A stretch of DNA of 64,000 nucleotides, from positions 1,016,935 through 1,080,934 of the forward strand of contig OZ287704.1 of NCBI GenBank assembly GCA_965649825.1. The letters run 5' to 3'. Below, in pieces: positions 22,781-32,981 of the stretch. Within the stretch, counting starts at the first letter, position 1. The number at the start of each line of letters is the position of its first letter. The stretch is from Penicillus capitatus (Eukaryota > Plantae > Chlorophyta). The position numbers were made by a program, and so were the translations under genes. The notes under the pieces are model-generated. The model had not been told where the DNA came from. It saw nothing but the letters and a program-made list of their open reading frames with translations, and searched no databases.

Positions 22781-24181
22781 TTGATCGCATCCCAACAGAC
22801 CGGATACATCAGGGAGAGAACTGGAGTGAATTCTTACCAGCAGTTCACAAGATGACCTGGATCAGATTCCGAGGCATGAGGGCTCTGAACTCTAAAGGAT
22901 CGCAGACATTCACAAGCATCCCTGACTGCAAGATCATCATCAGGACGAAAAAGACTCGTTGATAGCAGAGTCAACTGTTTTTCGAGTTGGTCAGTCTGAC
23001 AGTGGGCTGAAAGCTGCGTGGGGTCGAGAGACTTGCCTGACCCCGAGAAAAACTGCCTATTCTCATTCCAGGTATGTTCACTCTCACCTTTGCCTTGAGG
23101 TAGACTGCATCTCGCAGAATCAAAGCTGCGCTGAAGAGGGACGCACACAGCATGACGTCGGTTGATGTGGGGACCAGTTGTCATCTGAATTGCTTCCGTG
23201 CCTTTCCAGAGCATCCTCGAGAAGGGACAGATTCTCTCTAGAGGAGATCAACCACTCTGAAAGAAATGAGAGGAATCTACTCTGACGGAGGAGGTGATGA
23301 TTTGGAAGCGATGCTGAATCGGATGAGCGATCGAGACAATTCCTGCAGCCAGTTCTCCCAGTCAAGGTCACGGAGTTGCAGACCAAGTCTGGATGACGGC
23401 CATCGCATATGCGGAGAAGCATGTGTGACTGTGCTGCATCAGATTCTCCCGAAGCACCACCATCGGATTCGTCAGAGAAGTGTGCCCGGGAATGCAGTCA
23501 AGTCAGATGCCTGCCTGAGTTATCCTAATGCGGCTCATCCATCCGAAGACTCGGCAGACGTTGCCGATGCATCCTCAGGGCACAGAACAAGACTCCAGGA
23601 TGATTCGAAGAGTGACAACCGCTCTTCCACAGGGCAGGGACGAGTTGATGGTGTGTCTCTGCCATAGCAGAGAGAAGCACCACTCGACAAAATGATCACT
23701 GCAATGACATGTCTCATCAGGTAAAAAAATGCCACATATGCTCTTGTGCTCAAGGCCACTGTGCCATTAGGCTGAGATGAGGAAGAAGCGTCAGAAGGAG
23801 AGAGATCGATATATGGGATGTGCCTAGCGGAAGAAGAACTTCCTCTTCACCTTCCTGACCGAATCGTGAGCAGACTCACTGACAGACTGTCAAGCGAAGA
23901 ACACAGCAAATGCGGCAACTGGACAGACACCCACAGAGAATGCAACCATCAAATGCAGGAGGCAAAAAGTAGAAAGGCTTCTTGCGAGGCAGACAGTGCT
24001 CATGTTCGAGAAGCCCATGAGCAGTCTTGGATAACTTACCTTGCACTGATCCACCCAACCCAACCCACTTCACCCCACCCCACCCCCGGCAGCGGCAGCC
24101 GCATCAGGGAGGATGGCTGGGCGACAGGGAGAGCAGAGACCGTGACATTGGGCAGCCACGTGATTCGGTCGATGTACTCAG

Positions 24182-24727
24182 GTAAGCGTCCTTTGGATCG
24201 GCATCCAGGGCCGTCTCTTCTGTCCCTTTTCTCTCCTTCTCCCCTGGATGCCCGTCTTCTTCGATCCGGGTAACGGAATCGGCATGTGTGTTTTCTTCTT
24301 GCCTGCCTGTGGTTTGTTTTTCTCCAGTGTGAGCAATGTTTACTTTAGAGCTCGCATTGACTGATCCATTCTCTGTCCATTGCTTCCTGCCTAGAAGTTT
24401 TCTAGTTTGCATGACCATTTCTATGCGATTTTCTTTTTTGTGCATGCCTGCAGTTATCAGTGTGTGTCCCTTTGTCTACTTCTTCTACTCTGTGATCATT
24501 TTTACTTTTCTTGTGTCCTGTCGCCGATTCCGTTATCCCTCATTGCATGTCTCTTTGCTCTTTCCTTTCTTTGTTGTGTTCTTTTCCACTGTGTTGTGCA
24601 AGTGCCGGTGTAATGTTTCCTCTGTCCTGTTCTTCCTGTGTTTGTTTTTGTTTCTTTGCTTTTCTTGTGTTTTCATTCATTTTCTACTTGGTCCTTTTTT
24701 GGACCTCCTATGTGCATGTCCGCGCAG
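24182..24727 (+). repeat. T-rich structured module, copy 1 (intron-like, GT...AG)
   Basis: GTAAGC start; inverted repeat GGCATCCAGGG (24200) / CCCTGGATGCC (24242); long T-rich body; GGTCC-T6-GGACC hairpin (24690-24705); ends TGCATGTCCGCGCAG. Confidence 0.7.
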
Positions 24728-24743
24728 CGCGGCGGATCCTAGG

Positions 24744-25121
24744 ATGATTCCACGATTCGCCAATCACACTGGGAGTTCTCACACTTCCAGGGCTGCTTTT
24801 TGGGAGAGGTCACTGGTGCTCTGCCAGGTCATGTCGAGCGGCGCCGCATGCCACAGGTATGAATCCTATCTCACTCAAATGTCACATCTGACTCTGCCTT
24901 CGCAGATGGGGGTTTGACAGTACTCTCAAAGGAGAGAGTTACAGACAAGGATCTCCTCCTATCGCATTGACTATAGAGGTAATCCAACATAGCGATTCTT
25001 TGTCTACATTCGTCTGTATCGGTTTTACTAGGAGGATGATGATTGGCATGCAAGAATCAAAGAAAGAGGATCAGCCTCGACATCCGCAAGGGAGTGTCGC
25101 AAATTTCGGAGTGTGGCTTGA
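24744..25121 (+). CDS. Small hypothetical spliced ORF (~90 aa) between the two modules
   Basis: GT-AG introns of typical size (24857-24905, 49 nt; 24979-25031, 53 nt) keep one open frame: MIPRFANH...CHR|WGFDSTLKGE...IE|EDDDWHAR...SVA*. Confidence 0.35.
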
Positions 25122-25132
25122 TCAATCCTCCG

Positions 25133-25585
25133 GTGATGGCTTTCAGATCGGCATCCAGGCCCTCTTTTCCATTTCTATTTTGTTTCTCTCTCCCCCTGGA
25201 TGCCAGTTTTCCTCTTCTTGGGCAACAGAGTCTCCTTTTCTTTTCTGATGTGTGTCCATTTCCCTATTTTCTGATTTTGCTACTTTGTGCATTTCCCTGA
25301 GTTTATATCATTTGTGTTTGTTTGTGCGCATTATGAGATTCTTGCATCTGTGTTTTATGTGTATTCTCTTACCTTGTATCACACCTGTGTCCTTTTCTGG
25401 GACCTGTTGACCCTTTTCTGAACTGTTCTTGTACAATTGTCTTCTTTCCTTCTGTTTCAAACTTGCCTGTTTCATTTTGAGTCTGCAAGAGAGTTTTTCA
25501 TTTTTTGTGTGTCTCTGTCCTTTCTCATTTTTGTGTTTTTTCATTCTTGGTCCCTTTTTGGACCCTTAACTGCATGTCCGCGCAC
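25133..25585 (+). repeat. T-rich structured module, copy 2
   Basis: GTGATG start; GGCATCCAGG (25150) / CCTGGATGCC (25195); T-rich body; GGTCCCTTTTTGGACC (25549-25564); TGCATGTCCGCGCAC (AG of copy 1 is AC here). Confidence 0.7.
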
Positions 25586-26544
25586 GCGCCGGGTCTGAAA
25601 GCCACGCCGGAGATGGTTAGGCCCACTTGCACCCTCAAAACTCTCCCACACTGCCCAAGCGGACAGATCCCAACATGCATGCCAACGACACAATCCTCCT
25701 CCATTGCAGCTGTCGACCATGTATCATCAAGTAAACGCTCTCTTTTCTTTTTATCACTCTTATCAATCTTACGCCACAGGAGAGATGACTCGTTCCTCCA
25801 ATGAAGATGTTTGAAAGACCTTGATCTGAAGTCTGTATACAAGTGATTGATTGAGCTCTCTACCTTAGCTCATAGATTCTTTTTGCCTCCGTTGATTCTC
25901 TTTGCAAAAAGAGAAAGGAATTGATTCTCTATTGGCAAACTGCCAGTTGCCGCTGCTGTGGTTTTCGTTAATCTGTCAGTGAGTGATCTCACGAGTTTTG
26001 GTTTCTAGTAGCAGGCGATATCTTATTCTACTGTGACGATACACGATTCAATATTAGCTGTTTGGCATGTTCCTTTTCTACATTTGTTTCATTCTCGGTT
26101 TTCTTCTTTTCGCATTCTCTACCCACGTTGTTGGTTCAATATGACTGCCGACTTCGTTACATGACTGATGGCCGTTCTAACTGGCTCCCCAGTTTTCTGG
26201 GTCAATGAAGAACGCGATAAACGATTACCAAACGGCAGCCTCTTGATCCGTTTCGCGTCTTCAAGGGCAGCATTCCACATCTGCGCAATTTTTTCTTTCG
26301 TCACAAAAAAAATTGATTATTGAAGACATGTGTGCTTTCTAAGCACGTGCGAGACTCGATTGTATGCGGTAAAGCAATTCACTTTTAGCACCTTTATTTA
26401 CAATGTGCCATCACCAGACGCCTCATGCTTATCAAACAAGCAGAGGTTTTTGTTAAACAGACTCTGTTTGCGGACGTAGATCATTCCTACGGTTAAATGT
26501 TCGAATGGACTGCACAGAATCATGATAGACGACATCGAATTCTA

Positions 26545-27102
26545 TCAGTGTAAGAAATACGTGTGGAACAGTGCCTCTGACGAATGACTAACATTACTCG
26601 CTTTGGCTTCCATTGAGAAAACAAAGAAGAAATAAAGCGCTACACCAATGGAGATCAAATAAAAAAGCGTGACACTCAGATAACATGACCTACAGGGACA
26701 GACAGATGGACATCATAAATGTGTGAGCAACAGAGGGCGTGCGTACGTACCCTGTTTGGAGTCCAGCCACATACAGACAAAGCAATTGGGCCCATCCCAT
26801 CATAGATGATCCCCACAACGTTCCTGTCACGCATCCTGTCACATCAACAAAAGATGTTTGGCGAAATGCGCACACACATGTCAACCAGATTTTGTCTCTT
26901 GTGTGGAGGGCACGTGGAACCATGAGTCCGTTACCAGCCATAGCCAGGAGGCTGAAATTCAGAGAGAGTCCAACAAGACTGGAGGGATTTGCAAAGTTGC
27001 AGACAAGTTGACCGATGGGCTGAAATGCGAAAAGAAGGGTCGCTGTCCATGCAGAAATCCCATTCCAGGTTTTCTTAATTGCTGGACTTAATGCATCCAA
27101 TG
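26545..27102 (-). pseudogene. MEX1: MEX1 plastid maltose exporter, C-terminal half only
   Basis: Starts at an orphan acceptor (CTGTAG, 27104-27103). ISAWTATLLFAFQPIGQLVCNFANP..LVGLS..LLAMAGNGLMVPRALHTRDKIWLT..TLWG..GWAQLLCLY matches MEX1 (SGWTATLMFMWMP..QMWTNF.NP...GNGLMIPRALFIRD.MWLTG). Splicing the intron after WLT gives T+GA = TGA where MEX1 has Gly. The terminal exon and stop are followed by TGTAA (26398-26402). Confidence 0.8.
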
Positions 27103-27524
27103 CTACAGACACGGCGCATTCTACATGGCACAATGATGGCCTCTTTCTTCGTTTCACTTCAGAATGTAGGATGTATTGGGCGGGACTCAAGTCATCACAG
27201 TTTTGTCCAGGAAAGCCTGATAACATATAGAAGCATCGCCTCCTCTTGCATCAGAAACGCTGAATCGGTCATGCGCGTGCGAAACTGATCTCGTTAGAGA
27301 TCGAACTATGTTCTGCGAAATCTGATAATCATCGAATCGCTAAACAATCTCTTTTGCACATATCCCTTTTAACCTGACCCCGTGTCTTCAACATAATTCG
27401 TGAAGCATTCATTCTAGAAGTCTGTTTCGAGGGGGGCGACGGTCGGAGGACGTTAAATCTGGCAAATGTGCTTGGTATTGTTCTTGAAACGCCTGTCACA
27501 TCCAACGACTCCAGTAAAGCGTCC

Positions 27525-28212
27525 ATGTGCGCGATCACCGTCAATGTCGCGCCACTTCGAGGCGCAGACCGATGGACCAGCCGGCTGCCATTTTCTCCCT
27601 CTCCTTCCAGATCAACGTGGACATTTCGCTGTCTTCCCCGCCTTCTCTCTTTTTCGACCCGTCCCGATCGCCATACCTTCATCGTCCAGGCCGGAGCAGA
27701 TACAGAGGACAACACGTCAACAGAGAAGGTAATGCTAAACCACCGCGTTACTGACGACCAAATAAAAGCAAAACAGACACAGCATTCCATGTACAGGAGT
27801 CGGTCGCTGACCCAAAAGACATAAAGGAGGAAGAAGAAGAGGAAGATCCCATTTGGGTTCGACGAGAACGGCTGCAGGAGCTTCAAAAGGAAGAAGCATC
27901 TGAGACCTTTGAGCTCCCTTTCTTCGTCTCCCTGTTACTGTCTGCTGTTATTGCCATCGCTGCTGTTGGATCTGTATTCGAAATCGCCAACAAGCATGCC
28001 CTCTTTGGAGTCATACCACCAGAGAATCCTCTGTGGCTACCGATTCTTGCATTCTTTGCTCTGACAGGCTTGCCGGTCTCGGGTACGAAATGACCGACCT
28101 CGAAAAAGCGTCCTTGCTGAGCAGGGAATTGTATCTAGGATATTTTTTCTTTTCGTCTGTGGCTGCTGCGAACAAATTGGCGGATCAGATGGACAGGATC
28201 GACAACGCCTGA
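27525..28212 (+). CDS. Predicted chloroplast membrane protein, At1g50020-like
   Basis: Transit-like N-terminus; two introns; LPFFVSLLLSAVIAIAAVGSVFEIANK..FGV..P...FFALTGLP....SVAAANK matches that plant family as recalled. Confidence 0.7.
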
Positions 28213-28430
28213 ATACTAAACAATCCTCATTCTACTGGCACAGTTTCTCATGCATTTCTTTAAATTCTCGGAAAAGCCTCTCTCTGGTGATTATACGAGA
28301 CAAAAGAGATTCTGAACGATACATCTGCATCCATTCGGCTAGCCAGGCATGCATTTGTCCATGCATCACATTTTGCAGACATAATGGGTGACGTGACGTT
28401 TAGCGTTGCTGCCATTGCGTTGTCGTCGCG

Positions 28431-31400
28431 ATGCACGCGTCGGTGTCCTGGTATCGACTATGGATGCGCGTGACACCAATGTCGCGGTCAAAAGGAAACC
28501 TGTGTGCTCCTTTGCGTCCGTTGTCCTCAGGCGGACTGCTCTCGATTCTCTCTCAGCACAGCAAAACAAAGAAAGAGCGTTCGACACCTTCGGCAGAGTC
28601 TAAGGGAGAGAAGCCATTAAACGGTTTGGGCATCCTTGGAGAGATCGCTCGACAACGCGTCCGCGAGAACATCCCGACACCAGCGATGACTAATGGCTAC
28701 GAAAGGCCGCCAGAGATGAGACCACCATTACAGAAGAGACCTCCTCCAGTGTATGAAGATCCTTTGCGTGAACGCGCACCGACAAGGAATGCACCGACAA
28801 GGAATTGGCAGCAACCGCGGGTTGAGCCCGAACCCGAGCCCGAACGTGTGTCTTGACTTTTGACCAGAGATCTGAGATGTTGTGATGGCGGGTGTTGTGC
28901 AGAAGTGAATGGATTTCGTACAAAGTATGACGATCGATGGGCACGTTTAATGAAAAAAGCGCCAGTGAATGGCAAAGCACAGCAACAGGCACCAAGACCC
29001 TCTCTTCCATCATTGGAGAAGGCACATCAACGAAAACAACCAACCAAACCACAACAAAAAATCATAGCGATATCAGATGATATCACAACAAAGCTCTTGG
29101 CACATAAACTGGGTGAGAAATGCTGTCTTCAGAAACAGTGTTACTGGAACGGTGGAGTTAGGGGTGACCATCCCAAAACTGGAGGACGTATTGGCATCGT
29201 TAGGCGAGGCACCGGAATCGCACGAAGACATGTTGCATATCATTTGTGGATGTGAGATGAGGGCGGTTGTGTTCTAGACTGTCGATGGATGCGGCCGAGT
29301 TAGCTGCAGGAGAGTTTGGAACGATCGTCAAGAAAATCCGTTCAAACAGTCATCCAATAGCTAGAAAGCGTCAACAGCAATCGCGTTGTCTGTAGATGTG
29401 GCGGCAGGGCAGACGATCACACGTCCTCCGGTCGTGACCGTCATGGGTCATGTCGATCATGGAAAAGTGAACCATTGCTTAAAGGCCTGCTGACTTGTTC
29501 GATCGCATTTAGACGACCCTGCTCGATGCACTGCGTCATACATCTGTCGCTGCTGGCGAAGCTGGAGGCATTACTCAAGTATGCTGTGTCTGCACAGATC
29601 TGGATGTCTAGTGAAAAGGGCTCTGTAACTGTCGTAGCATATTGGAGCATTTGAAGTTCGTTTGGAAGGATCGGAGGACACATTGACGTTTCTCGACACA
29701 CCTGGGCACGCAGCTTTTTCGTCGATGCGCGCTCGGGGAGCCAGGGTTACGGACCTGGTCGTTCTTGTGGTGGCAGCAGACGACGGAGTGATGCCACAGA
29801 CAAAAGAGTGTCTCAAGCTTATACGCGAGGCCGGATGCCAATTTGTGGTCGCCGTCACCAAATGTGATCTCCCACAGGCACGCACCTCCCATCCACACGA
29901 TCCTCATTACTTATCAGTTGCCATACGATTTCAGGCGAATGTCGATAAGGTTAAGTCAGAGCTCGGTGCGGAGTCGGTGGAACTGGAGGAGTTTGGTGGA
30001 CACGTTCAACTTGTCCCTGTCGCCGCTCCCGTTGGACAAGGATTGGAAGAACTCCAGGAAGCCTTACTTCTTCAGGTGGAGCTCTCTTCAAGGTTTCCTC
30101 GTATGAGCAACGTGTCTTCACATCATGTCTTCTTTTTGTGTGGCAGGCGACAAATGTTGAACTGGCAGTACGGACGGATGTTCCTGCAACGGCCGTTGTG
30201 GTGGAAGCCAACAAAGACAAAGGATTGGGCTCAGTGGCGACGGTGATTGTAACGGGTGGGACACTCAAACAGGGTCAGCCTGTTGTGGTGGGTCATCACT
30301 GGGGAAAAATCCGTCAACTGCGAACACCGTCTGGCGAATTGGCGAAAGAAGTGACACCTGGAAGACCTGTCGAAATCTCTGGCTTGCGCAGTGTCCCGCA
30401 ACCAGGCGACGAATTGATGGTCATGTGCTCAAAACAGCAGACATAGGGAGAAGAGTTTCTGCCTGTTAAGGTTGTTCGAGATGAAGATCGGGCGAAGAGA
30501 GTGAGCATGGCACGACTGCAACGATTAGGGATGTCATTATCAGGCGGATTGCGATCCGAACAGGAGAAAGAGTATATATCCATTCATTGTGTTCTTTTAT
30601 TGGATAAGGGGTGTGGACAGGACAAAGACGGTACCTTTCTTGATTAAGGCAGATACACAAGGAACTGTCGAAGCTGTGGCACGCGCCGTCGAAGGACTGG
30701 CGAGCGAAGTGGTAAGGCATGGCGTTTCTCTACATCTGTCATAAGGTCATCGACAGATCGCTCCCGAAATTATAACGTGTGCCGTCGGGAATGTCTCTGA
30801 AGCGGATGTCATGATGGCAGAGGCAACAAATGCTCAGATCCTGGCCTTCAATGTGAAAGTGTTGGGTCATGCTGTCGAGATTACTGCCAAGGACAAGAAC
30901 GTCGAGATCCATCAGCACACGGTTATCTACCATTTACTCGATACCGTCGGACAAAGCCTTCTTGACCGTGCGCCCCTCTGTGAGGACGAGCAGGTTCTTG
31001 GAGAGGCACTGGTTCAACAAATCTTCAACATCAAATGCAAACAGTATCTCACACAACGCACACCATCTCACTCTTTCGCCTCTGCTTTTCAGATCGAAAT
31101 CGCTTTTGAATGTGGCCGGATGCGTTGTCACTTCGGGACACGTGCAGAAATCCGAAGCCCTGTTCCGTGTGCAACGATCCGATCAAATTCTCTTTGAAGG
31201 ACCCTGTACCTCACTCAAGCGACACAAACTGGATGTCGATCGCGTTGGCAAAGGAATGGAGTGTGGTATACTACTGAATCCCTTTAATCAGACAGCAGAG
31301 GTCCCTGTCCTTCATCTCCAGTCACCCTCCAGATCTCTCCCTTTGCCGACAGGGCGATGTGATTCGGGCGATTCTCAAGAAGAAAAGAAAGCCGAAGACG

Positions 31401-31457
31401 GAGACCGTTGTGGGAGGCGGAATAAGGATCGTGGAATTTTCGAATGCATCTTGTTGA
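28431..31457 (+). CDS. Organellar (probably mitochondrial) translation initiation factor IF-2, many short introns
   Basis: [15 protein letters not shown]|TTLLD, GGITQ|[45 protein letters not shown] and a C-terminal KPK..GG.IRI tail like plant mitochondrial IF2. One GC-AG intron (29878-29934). Confidence 0.9.
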
Positions 31458-31495
31458 CGTCATTCTTTCAGACTCGGATTGATTTAAGATTTCGA

Positions 31496-32864
31496 ATGCC
31501 TGCGTTTCTGCCGACGGGCTCTTTGACAGGTCTCGCTTTCATTGGCGCCATTGCCTGGCTCATTCGATTCTTGAGGCGCTCATCGCAGCACGACGACATG
31601 GAGTCCGACTCAGTCGTCGACGCCAGATTCGGAACCCTATCTCCCAACGCCCTCTTACAACTCGTCTCCCCTTCTCCCTACCGAATCTCCGCTGAGTATG
31701 TTCGTGCAGCTCAATGCCGACGTCGTGCCGAGTTTCGTCGTGGATTTGCGCTCCGCGGAGCATGTGGAGCGCCGACCAGCCCCAGAATCCCTCAAACGCG
31801 CGCGTGGTGGATTCCTCAATGTCCCAAGTAGTTGGTCCCTCGCCTAACAGGATGTCCATATCGCCGACTGTGTCTGCAGCATCCGATATCCGACGCGTTT
31901 TTGCCCGGCGTACCTCAGGAGACTTCCATTCGCGTTTTCCCACTGCTCGATTTCCGAGAAAAGAAGATTTGATCGTCTGCGTCTCCGATGAAGTGCGAGA
32001 TTGTCGCAAGGCCGTGCAGGAGATGGAAGCTCTTGGCTATGACTGGTATCGAGATTTCGTTCTATCATTGAGAGACCGGTGTCAGATCGATCGTGGTGTC
32101 TCTAGTTCGGTGTATCTGAAGGGAGGATTCGATTCCGTAACATCTCGGCCTGTCAACACCAGCAATCTCAATCGGACGTCATCCGTCAAACACATCTCGC
32201 GTCATGCCGTTGCGTTGTTGCTGGGACGCAGAGATATGCTGCCGATGATCGAGTCCACCGTCCTGGATTTGAGACGTGTGGATGAATTGGTTATGTTTGG
32301 ATCCATCCAAGGGACAAAACACCTCGTAGGTGCGTATGGTTCACTTTGGAGAAGGGATGAGATTGAGGTGGACACGTGGATGGGTGTGTAGTCAATGAGC
32401 TGCCGAAGGCGTTGACATTGGATGCCGATAAATTCGAAGAAAGATATCTGTTTCCGAAACCAGGACTCAACGATGTGGTGGTGACATCTTGTCGTACGAA
32501 CAAACGTGCCATCTGGGCAGCACAGCTGCTGACTGAAGCTGGTTACACCAAAGTCTTCGTGCACCACACCGGAGCCTACGGTTGGCGTTTTAATCTGAGT
32601 GTCAAGCCATACGACAGCTATGAACTGGGAGACGAGATTCCGCCGCCCAAAGAATTCAACAGAGAGATGCCGGATGCCAGTGCGGGATTGAAAGAGTTGG
32701 AAGATCTGGGAATCATCTCCATACCGAAGAACGAATCGGCGCGGTCCTCTCTGCAACTCGCCTCTGACAGGGATGGCACATCTCTCGAGGATTCTGCTTA
32801 TTTCCCACCCCGAGACTCATCTGGAGAAGATATGAACGGATTTGATCCTTCGAGACAGTCATAG
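31496..32864 (+). CDS. Rhodanese-like domain protein (N-terminal hydrophobic helix, probably two rhodanese domains)
   Basis: FVVDLRS.E in domain 1; VLDLRRVDE..FGSI and the SCRTNKRA active-site loop, then AGYTKV..GAYGW, in domain 2. Confidence 0.7.
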
Positions 32865-32981
32865 ATCTGACGTCGTCCGTCCATCTGTTTTTGTGGCATA
32901 ATGTACATATGATGAACGATGTGTTGCGCGAAGAGAGCTGTCACATCACCTGTCGCATCCGACAACGGTCGTCGATTCGAG

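Noticed and set aside
24690-24705. Histone-type 3' stem-loop or Helitron terminus
   Set aside because: No histone gene upstream, the sixth base pair is mismatched, and there is no consistent CTRR|T end in both copies.
26800-26880. UGA recoding (Gly or Sec) or a non-standard genetic code
   Set aside because: TGA, TAA and TAG all end neighbouring conserved genes, and I found no other in-frame stops in conserved exons.
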